64,000 nt of DNA from an uncultured virus (IMG/VR IMGVR_UViG_3300022198_000005) (lineage: Duplodnaviria; Heunggongvirae; Uroviricota; Caudoviricetes). The position numbers and the translations under genes were made by a program. Shown one piece after another: positions 37,038 to 47,823 of the stretch (its first letter is position 1; each line of letters starts with the position of its first letter). The DNA is taken from IMG/VR virus record IMGVR_UViG_3300022198_000005, one strand, 5' to 3'. The notes below the pieces were generated by a model. That model did no database searches. It was not told the origin of the DNA and saw only the letters and a list, made by a program, of their open reading frames with translations.

Positions 37038-38837
37038 TTAAACTGTGCCAACGACTTCTTCGAAGTCGACGCCAGTTCTGACGGCCACGAAGTTCAGAGT
37101 CACATAGTTGATCGAGCGAGCTGGTTTGATGAACACGCTAGCGATAAACTCATTGCGATCGATGACAGCCGCGGTGTTATTGGTCTCATCACATACGACT
37201 CGGAAGTCAGTGATACCACGTCTACCTTGTACTTCACGAAGTACTGGCTCTACGATGTTTACGAACTCTGCACGAGTGAACTCGTCGTTGAACTCAAACA
37301 AGACTTGTTCAGCTGCTCTACCGATCGCTCTTTCGAGGATCAAGAACAGACGACGTACGTTGATACGATCAAACGCTGAAGGACGAGACAAGAACGTCTT
37401 ATCACCGAAGAGCAACACGCCTTGACCAGGAATGTTAGCGATCGGGTTAACGCCGTTCTTATAGAGAGTATCTCTCTGTGCCTTCGTCGGGCTATATGCA
37501 AGAGCAGTAACGCCAAGCAGTTGACCCCTTCTCGAACCAGCCGGAGAGAACCAAGCAGCACGGTTATAGTCCGTAGCAGCCATGATACCAGCAGTGGTCG
37601 ATGCAGCAGGGATGAACACATACTTGTCGTTGTACTTATCATACACCTTCAAGTAGTTATTATCTACGATAAGGTATGACGATCTAGTCAAGCCTGAAAC
37701 TGCAGTCACGGTGTTTGAGACACGAGTCGCATCAGACGATACACCGACGATAGAAGCTCTGTTCGGAGAGGTGATGACCACACAATCCTTACGAGTAGAC
37801 TGAGCAGTAGAGACTAGATCATTTACAACCGTTGCCAAGCCGTCTGTGGTTGAAGTCTGAGGTGCGATGATGAAATCGACTTCGACTTGATCTTTGTCTT
37901 CGTACAGGTCATATCCGGCCAAACCAGCGCTAGTGCCTAAAGAACCGCTGTTTGTACCATTAGACAAAGACTTAGCGACCGCGGATGGTACAGTGGGTCT
38001 ATAGGTTCTACCGGTACCAAAGGTTGATAAGCCTGCGCCAGCTGCAGATTGAGCTGAATCAAAGTTCAGCATATAGATGTACTGCGAGTTAGCGTTGATG
38101 ACTTCCTTCGCATAGATGCTTTGGCCTTGGCCGTCTTTTGCATCTAGCAAGACTGACAAGTTGGGGAATACTTCGAGGACTGTTCCACGAGTACCACTAA
38201 ACAAACCGTCTTCATCGATCACTGCGACATGCAACTCATCTCCTGAGTCATTGCGGCTCGTCGCCCAGTCTGAAGTTGTGGGCTTAGCGTCAAAGCTGCT
38301 TTTATAGGTCCATGCATCCCATGTACTATCGCCAGTAGACTGAGATGGTAAGTATGCGACCTTCAAACTGTTACCTAAGTCACCAGGATATTTTGCGATA
38401 AACTGGATGCCGTGATTGTTTGAATCTTCGAGCGCTGTGACAGATGCTTCACGGTTTGTGAAATCTTCTGAATTATTAAAATATGGGTTATTGTCTACAT
38501 CAAAGACTGTGGTAATGCTGCCGTCATGCATACAATAAGCAGCGCCAGGCTCTACACCTGAACCGTTACTATCAGTTGCACGGACCACATACAATGTGCT
38601 AGAATAACGCAAGTATTGTGCTGCTGACAAGAAGTCTACAGCTGTTGCATCAGAAGGAGTACCAAACGTGCTAACTAACTCTGCCTCATTTGAGATGAGT
38701 TTTCTCTGTAACACGGGTCCCCATCTGAAGTTACCTACGATAGCGCCGGTGGTAGACTGAACGTTCGGGACGCCTCCCGTTAAGTCAATCTCTCGGACTA
38801 CAACCGCAGGAGATTCTGATGGTGCTGAAAGTGCCAT
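37038..38837 (-). CDS. gp18: Tail sheath protein
   Basis: FRWGP, WFSPAG, FDRINVRRLF and KPARSINY. Confidence 0.97.
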   Translation of the reverse strand: MALSAPSESPAVVVREIDLTGGVPNVQSTTGAIVGNFRWGPVLQRKLISNEAELVSTFGTPSDATAVDFLSAAQYLRYSSTLYVVRATDSNGSGVEPGAAYCMHDGSITTVFDVDNNPYFNNSEDFTNREASVTALEDSNNHGIQFIAKYPGDLGNSLKVAYLPSQSTGDSTWDAWTYKSSFDAKPTTSDWATSRNDSGDELHVAVIDEDGLFSGTRGTVLEVFPNLSVLLDAKDGQGQSIYAKEVINANSQYIYMLNFDSAQSAAGAGLSTFGTGRTYRPTVPSAVAKSLSNGTNSGSLGTSAGLAGYDLYEDKDQVEVDFIIAPQTSTTDGLATVVNDLVSTAQSTRKDCVVITSPNRASIVGVSSDATRVSNTVTAVSGLTRSSYLIVDNNYLKVYDKYNDKYVFIPAASTTAGIMAATDYNRAAWFSPAGSRRGQLLGVTALAYSPTKAQRDTLYKNGVNPIANIPGQGVLLFGDKTFLSRPSAFDRINVRRLFLILERAIGRAAEQVLFEFNDEFTRAEFVNIVEPVLREVQGRRGITDFRVVCDETNNTAAVIDRNEFIASVFIKPARSINYVTLNFVAVRTGVDFEEVVGTV

Positions 38838-38898
38838 TTTTTTATCCTCTGTTGGTTAATGATATGAATTCATGATGCGGTTGTTTCTCAATATCTAT

Positions 38899-38906
38899 TA
38901 TTTATA
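38899..38906 (-). promoter_or_regulatory. T4 late promoter for gp18
   Basis: TATAAATA in the gp17-gp18 gap. Confidence 0.8.
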
Positions 38907-38909
38907 ATT

Positions 38910-40502
38910 TCACAAATTCGGGTCATACGTAACCGCCCAATCACTCGCTCCAGGGGTTTCCAACTGTTGGATATGTTCACTGCCATCATCGATAAATCCG
39001 AATGGCACAATGTCGTCTTCAATCTCTCTCATTTTCTGATCGAATAGCATCTTCTTCAAGTCGATGTTTGTCATGTCAGCAAAGTACTGAGTAGAGACAA
39101 AGTAACCAAACATGACTAGGTTCATCATTAAGTCGTCGTGGTTACCATCACTTGCTTCATATGACTGGCCTTTAGCTTCAAACGTAGAGATCTCGAGGAT
39201 CGTGGCTTCATCGACGATAGAAAGTTTATTATTCTCTAAGATGTCTTTGATCGCAGAACAACCTAAACGCTTAGTCTTACGAGTCATCTCAACACCAATG
39301 GCATTGGCCTTAATAGCAGATTCTACGTGTACATTTTCATACTCAAGTTCATGATACAATCCATTACAGACGACAGAACCTTGATCATTTGACTCAATGA
39401 CTACATAAGCGTTATTGTAGATTTTCGCAAATTTATAGATAATATTCGGGAAGAGAATCGGAGAGATAGTATTGTTGCGATACACAGCAACTTGCTCGAA
39501 AGGGCGAACGCTAATATCGATCACGTTAAACGTAGAATAATCCTGACCTCGACCTTTGCTAACGTCTACAGTCATGATGTAGTTATGGTGCTTTCTTGTC
39601 TCTTTGTAGACAAGTAATGCGTCATTCTCCATCCTTCGAATATATGGTTTAGCTCTAAACCCCATCAATGTTTCTGCATTGATGAGCGTATCGCCTGTTC
39701 CAAAGAAAGTATTTCCAAATTCCTGGTCAAATTGTAGTTGACTGGTGTTTGCAATCGTCTGCTTTTTCCATGCTTCATCTCGGCCTGGAACGTCCCACCA
39801 ATCAACACGAAATGGCTTGAACTCGTTTACTCCTTGAACAGCACCTTCCCATATCTTGTGATATGTGTTACCGATACCATTTGCTGTGGAAGTGACGATG
39901 ACCTTTGTATCTTTACCTGCAGCGATTACAGGATATGTTGATGTGTAGAACTCAGTTGCACGTTCAACGAATGCAAACTCATCAAGGTATAATAGGTTCA
40001 CTGACAAGCCACGAATAGATGATCCAGAAGTGGCTCTTGCAAGGATACGAGAGTTATTCGAGAACTCGATCGACCCTTTGTTCAATGCCTTACAACCAGG
40101 TTGCAAGAAGAACGGTAGGTTCTCAAGCATCAGAGTAACACGACCCAACATCTCACGCGCAGTGTCACCCTTGTTTGCAAGGATCACCACGAGTTTCTCT
40201 GAGTGAAACAGCGCATACCATAGTAAGTATGCACAAGAAGAGATCGACTTGCCTGATTGTCGACACGCAAGCACGACGTTAAACCTGTTCGAGTTAAAGT
40301 GCTCAAACATGTTCTTTTGATATTTGTAAAGGGTAAAGGGTACTAGACCCCTATCAAGTGAGATGACCTTTAAGTACTTTTCGGCAAAATATGCCGGATC
40401 ATTCATGCACCTAGAATACTCAATGACTTGCTCTTGAGTCCATTGCTGTATTACACCGTCTCTCTTTACACTAATATTACCTAGATAGGTATCACTCTGC
40501 AT
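38910..40502 (-). CDS. gp17: Terminase large subunit
   Basis: RQSGKS, LDEFAF, TSTANG and HDDLMM. Confidence 0.98.
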   Translation of the reverse strand: MQSDTYLGNISVKRDGVIQQWTQEQVIEYSRCMNDPAYFAEKYLKVISLDRGLVPFTLYKYQKNMFEHFNSNRFNVVLACRQSGKSISSCAYLLWYALFHSEKLVVILANKGDTAREMLGRVTLMLENLPFFLQPGCKALNKGSIEFSNNSRILARATSGSSIRGLSVNLLYLDEFAFVERATEFYTSTYPVIAAGKDTKVIVTSTANGIGNTYHKIWEGAVQGVNEFKPFRVDWWDVPGRDEAWKKQTIANTSQLQFDQEFGNTFFGTGDTLINAETLMGFRAKPYIRRMENDALLVYKETRKHHNYIMTVDVSKGRGQDYSTFNVIDISVRPFEQVAVYRNNTISPILFPNIIYKFAKIYNNAYVVIESNDQGSVVCNGLYHELEYENVHVESAIKANAIGVEMTRKTKRLGCSAIKDILENNKLSIVDEATILEISTFEAKGQSYEASDGNHDDLMMNLVMFGYFVSTQYFADMTNIDLKKMLFDQKMREIEDDIVPFGFIDDGSEHIQQLETPGASDWAVTYDPNL

Positions 40503-40770
40503 CTTCTATGTCATCATCCTCATCTTCTTCATCATACTCTTCATCAACGATCTCTTCCCAATAAGAAGCTGACTCATCAAAATAAGTTTGAACCTTTAAT
40601 TCAGCCTCGTCTTGACTTAAAGCCAAGACATGAGCAGTGCCTATACCATTTGAGATCTTCACATTAAACGGGATTGGCCCGTGAAAGCAAAAGTTAGGCG
40701 GTAAAAAGAAATTTACCTCATGTTCTTTAAGGCTCTTGATGCGATTGATCGCAGCGAGCGCTTCGTTCAT
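40492..40770 (-). CDS. Hypothetical protein between the terminase subunits
   Basis: ORF with GAGG RBS and acidic tail. Confidence 0.65.
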   Translation of the reverse strand: MNEALAAINRIKSLKEHEVNFFLPPNFCFHGPIPFNVKISNGIGTAHVLALSQDEAELKVQTYFDESASYWEEIVDEEYDEEDEDDDIEDAE

Positions 40771-40780
40771 GATACACCTC

Positions 40781-41125
40781 CTATTGTTTCGGTGTTATAT
40801 CTATAGGCGTTTGTTGAAGGAGTTTTTGTAGATCTGCTGTAGACCCTACAAAGATATTATTTTGTTGGTTTTCAATAGCCTTCTGCTGTCCGCCCTTTGA
40901 AGTAGTCTGTAAGTCTTTGTTCTTCTTATTCAAGTCCATCAGCCTATCATTGACATCGCTGATCTGCTTGATCATGGTAGATAAAACTTCAAATGCTCTT
41001 GGATGCTCAGAAGATCTTGCCACCTCAATCATGAGGTCAAGAGACTCTTTGCCTTTTTCTAAAAGCTCATAGTAGGTATCACGAGAATACTCGTAATCGC
41101 TTTTTACATTATCTGAATCGTTCAT
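40781..41125 (-). CDS. gp16: Terminase small subunit
   Basis: DYEYSR, HPRAFEV and FVGSTADLQ. Confidence 0.92.
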   Translation of the reverse strand: MNDSDNVKSDYEYSRDTYYELLEKGKESLDLMIEVARSSEHPRAFEVLSTMIKQISDVNDRLMDLNKKNKDLQTTSKGGQQKAIENQQNNIFVGSTADLQKLLQQTPIDITPKQ

Positions 41126-41916
41126 GCGCTGTCATCAAAGCTAAGGTCAATCGTGGTGTCAAAGCCAAAATCAGAGTCAGCCAAACCAATCGTACTGATC
41201 GGGTCTGGAACGACGGTGATAGTCTCTAACTTTAAGTCGCTGTCTGCTAAACCTGCATCTATCTGGTATATCTCAGTATTTGCAGTACGAATGATAGACT
41301 GATTATTTATCGGGCCATGGAAGCTGATCTTCATCTCAAAGTCTAATGAATAGATGATCATGCGTCTCTGTTCTTGCGCACCTTCATAATCATCAGTAAA
41401 GCTTACAGCATTGATCGCGATCGGTATATCCTCTTTAAAGTCAGGATAGTCCGAAGCAAATGGCTTAATAGTTAACGTGTATTGCGGATTAAAGTAAGGT
41501 AACACCTGCTCTACGACTTGTAAAGCATCATCGTGTGACTTAGCGTATACGTTTAACTGAAACGTAATCGTATATGGTACAGGAGTAAAGAACTTTTGTC
41601 TTGAGCTACTCGTTGATCCAAGCGTGGTAAAGTTAGTCGTCTTGGCGAGCTGTCTTGTGGCATCATAAGTCATGCTTGTGATCTCAAAAGACATGCGTGG
41701 TAACTTTACAGCAAGCTGTACGTCATCTGTCAGGCTCGGGTTCTCTCTGATACGAGTGATGTATTTTGACCTAGGTGCATAAGCAAGAGGCACCTTGATC
41801 TGACTGATAACTGTTCCTGAAGAGTTCTTTCTCAGGACATAGATGTTGTTGAACAGTCTACCGAAGATAGCTACACACTTCCTTACTTTTTCATGATAGA
41901 AGTAGGTTCCAAACAT
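41122..41916 (-). CDS. gp15: Tail sheath stabilizer / completion protein
   Basis: KVPLAY, LPRMSFE and EQVLPYFNP. Confidence 0.94.
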   Translation of the reverse strand: MFGTYFYHEKVRKCVAIFGRLFNNIYVLRKNSSGTVISQIKVPLAYAPRSKYITRIRENPSLTDDVQLAVKLPRMSFEITSMTYDATRQLAKTTNFTTLGSTSSSRQKFFTPVPYTITFQLNVYAKSHDDALQVVEQVLPYFNPQYTLTIKPFASDYPDFKEDIPIAINAVSFTDDYEGAQEQRRMIIYSLDFEMKISFHGPINNQSIIRTANTEIYQIDAGLADSDLKLETITVVPDPISTIGLADSDFGFDTTIDLSFDDSA

Positions 41917-42824
41917 TAGTTATTCTCCGGGTCACCAAACGGGTTATCTTCAGTAAAGTCTAGGAAGTCAGATGATCCGGTACTAAACTCTTCGTTCTGA
42001 TCTGTAGAAGTGCTGGCAAATTGTTGATTCACTGTTGCAACCGTGAAGCTAGAGTCAGCATAACGATCGATAGCTCCAGTGATGGTGATAGTTGTAGCAG
42101 CTATAAAGTTATGGAATTTACCGTCATCAGCTCCAGCGTGTTGTATATACAACAGGTCGTCTGAGTCAGAATACTTCACGACCTCACCGCTCATGGTGAC
42201 TCCACCACCGATCAACTGCGTAGCAGTCTCTCCTGGCTTGATATAACGAGTTACGTCGTCTCCTCCACCACCAAGCCGCAATACGTACTGATACGTATTA
42301 TCTGCTTCGATCTGATCGATCACATCGATATTAGTATCCAAGTCTTCATCGTTGTACTCAAACAACTGACAACGCATCTTGAAGACAGGTAAGTTAGACA
42401 GCTGATAGAATGGCTGTTCGTGTTCCACATGGTTAATCTGGAACAACTTATTCGTCATCGGAAGATAGATCAGGTCGCCTTCTCTTGGACGATCACTTGT
42501 AATAGTATTGTCGTATGCATCGACGACAGATCTCCAACGGAAACGAGATACGACGAACGTTGCTTCGTCTCTGATCTCTACACCAAACTTGGTAAACAAG
42601 TCTCCTTCACCATCAAAGCCTTCAGTGTTCTCAATATACATCTCGATCTTATGTGAAGAGCCAAACCGAGATGGAACATCTTCACCAAGAATAGGATCTT
42701 CATTGACGATGGTTCGTGGTAAGTAGTACACATCTTGGCCATAGATCTTTAACGACTCTATGACGATGCTTTCGTACAGCTTCTGTTCAGAGCGTACTGA
42801 CTGTGAAAAGTACTTGTTGCGCAT
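41916..42824 (-). CDS. gp14: Neck protein
   Basis: GQDVYYLPR, RPREGDLIY, PFYQL and NPFG. Confidence 0.94.
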   Translation of the reverse strand: MRNKYFSQSVRSEQKLYESIVIESLKIYGQDVYYLPRTIVNEDPILGEDVPSRFGSSHKIEMYIENTEGFDGEGDLFTKFGVEIRDEATFVVSRFRWRSVVDAYDNTITSDRPREGDLIYLPMTNKLFQINHVEHEQPFYQLSNLPVFKMRCQLFEYNDEDLDTNIDVIDQIEADNTYQYVLRLGGGGDDVTRYIKPGETATQLIGGGVTMSGEVVKYSDSDDLLYIQHAGADDGKFHNFIAATTITITGAIDRYADSSFTVATVNQQFASTSTDQNEEFSTGSSDFLDFTEDNPFGDPENN

Positions 42825-42826
42825 GC

Positions 42827-43579
42827 TTATCCAACATAGAAGTCAGGCGGGAACTCGGCTTCTAGCCTTAAGCTCTCCTTCAAAGATTCAATCTCTGTAG
42901 TCGCATCGTCATATATCTGACGAGCATTGAGTGACACTCCTCCTGGAAGTTGCATGCCTTCAAACTTGAGTAGGTTAGATCCCCATTGCTGTTTAATCAA
43001 GGCAGTCGCATAAGCCTTTACCCACTTGTCGTTCCATACAGAACCATATGTGGTAGCATCAATGTTACGATATACTTCGGCGATGATATAGTCGCCTACT
43101 TTAATGTCTTGATCTGCAAAGTCACCAAAGATGTATAATCGATTCTGTCGACGGGAGAACTGCACCTGTGGCATCCCGTTTAGTTTCATGTCAAGCAATG
43201 ACATGTACTGTTGCATCTGTTCGTAATATGCCAGATCGCCTAAGAACCCTGCGAGGTTATGCATATCATTCAACATGATCTGGTACTTGATGTCAAAGAA
43301 GTTACGGCTGTTCGCCATTGTTGACGTCAATGGGAAAAGCTTACTCACATAGTTGATGTCTGCGTTGAGCGTGATGTACTCATTGTCAACGTCGGTCTGT
43401 GTGACTAGATGTTTGAGATACGTACGTAGTGTACCGTCTGAATGATAGTCATGATACATCTGTAACGCATCATCAAGCCGATCATCTACCTGATCATCAT
43501 CAACGTTTACTTCGATTACCGGTTCGCCTAACTTACGCTTACAATAGTCTATCAGCGTGGCTCTGCTGTTTACAGCCAT
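42827..43579 (-). CDS. gp13: Neck protein
   Basis: LGEPVIEVNV and QWGSNLLKFEGMQLPGG. Confidence 0.95.
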   Translation of the reverse strand: MAVNSRATLIDYCKRKLGEPVIEVNVDDDQVDDRLDDALQMYHDYHSDGTLRTYLKHLVTQTDVDNEYITLNADINYVSKLFPLTSTMANSRNFFDIKYQIMLNDMHNLAGFLGDLAYYEQMQQYMSLLDMKLNGMPQVQFSRRQNRLYIFGDFADQDIKVGDYIIAEVYRNIDATTYGSVWNDKWVKAYATALIKQQWGSNLLKFEGMQLPGGVSLNARQIYDDATTEIESLKESLRLEAEFPPDFYVG

Positions 43580-43620
43580 AGAGAATCTCCAAAATTAAAT
43601 CCCTCTATGGCCTATTTATA
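43575..43620 (-). promoter_or_regulatory. Late promoter (43613-43620) plus a hairpin covering the gp13 start codon
   Basis: TATAAATA followed by the GCCATAGAG...CTCTATGGC inverted repeat that includes the ATG. Confidence 0.7.
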
Positions 43621-43623
43621 CGT

Positions 43624-44892
43624 TTAAGTCGATGTACCGTACAAAGATTTAAGCACTGAGCCATCTGAGTCATAGACGATGAATTGCACAGCAGACGCAA
43701 AGTTAGAAGAGGTAAGGTTACCACCGGTCAATGCGCCGGCGAGGGTGACGTTACTAACAGCTAAAGTATTTGAACTAGGATTGTAGGTGAAGGTTGAAGC
43801 GTTATCCATCAACAAGCCATAGTTACCAGTAGTATTTCCTGTCGTATTGACGATAGGTACCTTAAACGCTGAGGATGTCCCAGAAGCAGTAACTGTAGCA
43901 GTAGTACCGATACTTGCTGTCGTTGCTGTGGTGGCATTACCACTCAATGCTGCAGTGATGGTGCCTGCAGAGAAGTTACCAGAGCCATCTCTTGCAACGA
44001 TTGCGCTGGCTGTGTTGGCGCTCGTAGCAGTCGTTGCGCTGTTTGATACTTTTCCTGCGGTACTGATAGTAGCAAGCTTAGTATCAGCAATCGCAGCAGA
44101 TGCGTTGATGTCTGAGTTGACGATCTGTCCAGCGCGATTCGTCAACGATGCATAGTCATAACTCTGTCTGAGTCGGACATAGTTAGAATCGATCGTACTC
44201 GTAACATATGACTGATTAGCCAGAGTACCAGACGTAGGCAATGTAACACTAGTCGTGCCTGTCTGGGTCAAGGTCAAACCAAACGCGCCGCTAGTCGTGA
44301 ATGATCCAGCGACGGTAATATCACCTGTTAATGAGATCGTACGGTTTGCGTTGTTGACGTCAAGTGTAAGAGTACGATCCGCACTCAAAGCAGGAGAAGC
44401 GTTGTTTGAAACGATTCTCGTCTCATAAGCGGTAGTCGTTACATCCCTTAAACCAAAGGTAGTAAGGTCTGTAAAAGAACCACCCGATACACTCGGTGTA
44501 TTGATCGTTGGACTAGTCAGAGTTTTGTTTGTAAGAGTCTCTGTACCAGTCAATGTAGCGACGTTATCTCCAGTCAAGGCAGCATTAAGTTGCCCGACCG
44601 TCATCGATAAAGTGTTATTCGTAAGGTTGATCGTCTTGTTCGTCAGAGTCTGAGTAGCGTTCGGGATCACCACTCTACTCGAGTCGACTGACAAGACGAC
44701 CGTGGCTCCATGAGCGCCAGAGCCTGCGACTACAACGCCGTCACTTGCAGTAATTGCTTTTACATAATTTCCTGTCGTGTTTGAATCTAGCGGGATGCCA
44801 GGAGTAGATACGACAATAGCCGCGACTTCAGAAGAGTCGAGTACATCAAGGACGAAAGACGTTGATAGGAAATTACTAAGATTTACTGCCAT
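43624..44892 (-). CDS. Putative tail fibre / virion appendage protein
   Basis: Thr/Ser-rich; TQTLTNKT repeats; IVARDGSGNFSAGTITA fibre motif. Confidence 0.7.
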   Translation of the reverse strand: MAVNLSNFLSTSFVLDVLDSSEVAAIVVSTPGIPLDSNTTGNYVKAITASDGVVVAGSGAHGATVVLSVDSSRVVIPNATQTLTNKTINLTNNTLSMTVGQLNAALTGDNVATLTGTETLTNKTLTSPTINTPSVSGGSFTDLTTFGLRDVTTTAYETRIVSNNASPALSADRTLTLDVNNANRTISLTGDITVAGSFTTSGAFGLTLTQTGTTSVTLPTSGTLANQSYVTSTIDSNYVRLRQSYDYASLTNRAGQIVNSDINASAAIADTKLATISTAGKVSNSATTATSANTASAIVARDGSGNFSAGTITAALSGNATTATTASIGTTATVTASGTSSAFKVPIVNTTGNTTGNYGLLMDNASTFTYNPSSNTLAVSNVTLAGALTGGNLTSSNFASAVQFIVYDSDGSVLKSLYGTST

Positions 44893-44903
44893 TTACTTTC
44901 CTG

Positions 44904-47816
44904 TTAAGCTTGCGCCTCCATCCATCGGAGCATCGTAGAGACTCGTGCTGCGCCGGTGGTAGTGCGTACGTTGATAGCTAAGATGTCTGAGCCATCTGGG
45001 AACTTATAGTCTCCACCAAGTGGTGCACCAGTGAGTTCTTTTAGTTTTCTTAAATCGAGTGTTTCTGAAACAGATCCAGTGTCAGCCGCCGGAAATACTG
45101 CACCAAAAATCTGTTCACCAGGTAACGCATATGAACCAGTTGACCATGTCACCGAAGTTGCAACTTGTGCAAAACTAGGTTGTCCACCATCATTTTCAGA
45201 TGTCAAGCTATTCCATGTGGCATCAACGAAGTTTTTCGGATTCAAGATGCCTTCAACGATAATGGCTCCAGAAGATGTACCGTTTGCTCCAGCAATCGTG
45301 ATACCTTCTAACAATAGCTGTGATCGATTTAACAAGTTCTTTGCACCAAGTCGACCGACCTGACCGTTGTCCACACTTGGGGCCAAACGAATAATGAACA
45401 CTGTTACTTTCGTGGTAGTAGTGTATCGATGTACATCTTGGTAGTTAAACATGTAACCACGGTCTTCGGTAAATCCGCCATCCATGATCAACGCTGAACC
45501 CCAGTGAGTGAGCGTCGGACTACATGTATTAGAGATCTCAATCACACCAACGTTATTATTATGAGTTGCTGCAGATCCAGCTGTCAGGTTGTTCGTCGTA
45601 CCTTGTTGGTACTGAACTAATGTAGCAGAACGAGTCGCACCAGTCAAGTTACCTGGGCCCTCAGAGACTGACTTACCAGTATAACTGATGATCTCGTTAT
45701 CGATCAAGAGAGTACCCTCATCTGAGAACTCAGTACAGTCCGCGATTGGGATAGTTCCAGTCGAAGCATCAATGCCTGCTGTTAAGTACGTCGTAGGAGC
45801 ATCATTCTCGATTGAGTAACGAACTGGTAAGTTACCAGCTCTCATGTAAGCTTCGTTATTGATGTTGTTATTCTTCATACGATGGACGTAAGTCCAGTTA
45901 CCGTTACTTCCACGAACCATGAAATCAATAAAACCAGCACCATACCAACTATATTGCAAGCCGATCATCTGCATCTTATTCAGGTTCCAGTTATAACCGC
46001 TAGGGCCATTACCATCAACAGTATCTAAGTTCCATCTGAATTGAGGAACGCGCACTTCTTCAATCAGTTGGGCTCTCACGCCTGAAGCAGTGATGCCTCG
46101 ATAGTCTGGCGTAACATAGATTGAAGTATCAGACACGACTTGAGTCACAAAGTGAGTCATACCTCGAATCACGATCCTACTACCGGCTCTGACCTGTTCG
46201 GTGAATCGAGTATTGGTTCCAGTAACCGTAGCGCTGTTTTGAGTAACTGCGAGAGTACCGGTAATGTTCTGAGAAGCTGCTCTCTTTACACAGTACAAAT
46301 ATTGACCGTCAAACTCAAAGAACACTCCGTTTTGGTCGTCAAACAATCCAGCACGCACACAACTACCAACCCAAGACTTTACATATACTTTTGAAGTTGC
46401 TTCAAGGACAGCAGTAGTATCTCCGAGGGTACCAGCAGCTGTTAAAGTAAACGTATAATCGTCTACAATAGTTTGTACGGTATATTGACCTTCATATCCA
46501 CTAGTAATTATTCCATCAAGTTCAACAACTGCACCTGGTTGTAAACCGTGATCGATATCATCAGTCTTTACAGTAATTGTAGAACTCGCTGCAGTACCAC
46601 TCGCTGTGACTGATTGTAAGTCATAGTTAGGAGCAAAGAGAGTACCCGACGACCATAAGAAACCTTTACCTGATTGATAACGGAAATAACGTTTCGTCTG
46701 TCGTACAACGGTTGCGGCATACGTCGGCGTCTTTGTTGATAAGATAACACCGCCGTCAAACGGTCTATGCACGATCGTGGCGTTTGATAACGCATAGAGC
46801 GTAGGAGCACCAGGACTACTGATTGCACCTCCTGCTCTGGCAGTATAAGTCATAGAAGTCAACGAAGGTGTTGACTTGATAAAGAATGGACCAGATCCAA
46901 GAGCTGCGTTCGTTCCTGAACCAAGAGCTACGTGAATGTTTGTTCCTGGGATCAACCCGTGAGGAGCTGAAAAGTTCAATGTAATAATAGACGGGTCTGC
47001 ACCATTACTTGTGACTGATGATACTGGGATTGATGCACCATCAAACAACTTACCTAGTTTAACTAAAGTTTCTTCTGTATAAAGAGAATCTCCAGGAGTT
47101 GCACCAACAAGACCTCGAGCAAAGTACTTCAGACTAGTACTACTTGGCACTTGATAGATGATAAAGCTACCATCAGCACGAGAGAAGCCTCCGATACCTG
47201 AGTTCAATCCTGTCACGTTTACTACGTCATTAACAGATAATCCATGTGCCGTCGTAAAGGTAACTGTGATAACGCTATTCGTACTACTCGTCGTAGTATA
47301 GTCAGTCACGATCGTAGAAACAGTAAGGTCAACACCGGGCAACTCATATGTGGAAGGATACCCTTTCACAATACCATAGCCTGCCCACTTTGTAGGCTGA
47401 AGACCATATTCAAAGTCAGCATCGATCATTGACTGCGGATTCGATACACGAATACGTTCGATCGCATCAGTACCAAAGTTCCATGGACGAATCGTTTGAC
47501 CATAATCTTCTGTGTCTTCACAGAAGATCTGCAGTTGGTCACTTGAGCTCATCGTCGATGTATCATACGCGAGAGTAAAAGTCGTATAACCGTCGTGTGC
47601 TGTATTGATAGCAGGAAAATCAGTAGAGTTTCCTGCAGTAAAAGTCGCAGTAGTACCTGCAAACGTAGCGTCTGCAAAGTTATAGATGATAACGTTATCA
47701 GTTACGTTGGTAATCAGCAACAGCTTATCAAGTTTATACCGCTGAGGGACCTTTACCGTACCAGATCCAGCTCCACCAGGAGTAAACACATAGTCACGAA
47801 TTAGTTTTTTAGCCAT
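44904..47816 (-). CDS. Virion structural / receptor-binding protein
   Basis: Beta-rich, with repeated HGL..G..V domains; follows the long fibre gene. Confidence 0.65.
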   Translation of the reverse strand: MAKKLIRDYVFTPGGAGSGTVKVPQRYKLDKLLLITNVTDNVIIYNFADATFAGTTATFTAGNSTDFPAINTAHDGYTTFTLAYDTSTMSSSDQLQIFCEDTEDYGQTIRPWNFGTDAIERIRVSNPQSMIDADFEYGLQPTKWAGYGIVKGYPSTYELPGVDLTVSTIVTDYTTTSSTNSVITVTFTTAHGLSVNDVVNVTGLNSGIGGFSRADGSFIIYQVPSSTSLKYFARGLVGATPGDSLYTEETLVKLGKLFDGASIPVSSVTSNGADPSIITLNFSAPHGLIPGTNIHVALGSGTNAALGSGPFFIKSTPSLTSMTYTARAGGAISSPGAPTLYALSNATIVHRPFDGGVILSTKTPTYAATVVRQTKRYFRYQSGKGFLWSSGTLFAPNYDLQSVTASGTAASSTITVKTDDIDHGLQPGAVVELDGIITSGYEGQYTVQTIVDDYTFTLTAAGTLGDTTAVLEATSKVYVKSWVGSCVRAGLFDDQNGVFFEFDGQYLYCVKRAASQNITGTLAVTQNSATVTGTNTRFTEQVRAGSRIVIRGMTHFVTQVVSDTSIYVTPDYRGITASGVRAQLIEEVRVPQFRWNLDTVDGNGPSGYNWNLNKMQMIGLQYSWYGAGFIDFMVRGSNGNWTYVHRMKNNNINNEAYMRAGNLPVRYSIENDAPTTYLTAGIDASTGTIPIADCTEFSDEGTLLIDNEIISYTGKSVSEGPGNLTGATRSATLVQYQQGTTNNLTAGSAATHNNNVGVIEISNTCSPTLTHWGSALIMDGGFTEDRGYMFNYQDVHRYTTTTKVTVFIIRLAPSVDNGQVGRLGAKNLLNRSQLLLEGITIAGANGTSSGAIIVEGILNPKNFVDATWNSLTSENDGGQPSFAQVATSVTWSTGSYALPGEQIFGAVFPAADTGSVSETLDLRKLKELTGAPLGGDYKFPDGSDILAINVRTTTGAARVSTMLRWMEAQA

Positions 47817-47823
47817 TATCCTT

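Noticed and set aside
9705..40502. Inteins, introns or homing endonucleases in gp43, gp46, uvsW, gp20 and gp17
   Set aside because: Proteins have normal lengths and continuous motifs; no HNH, GIY-YIG or LAGLIDADG ORF seen
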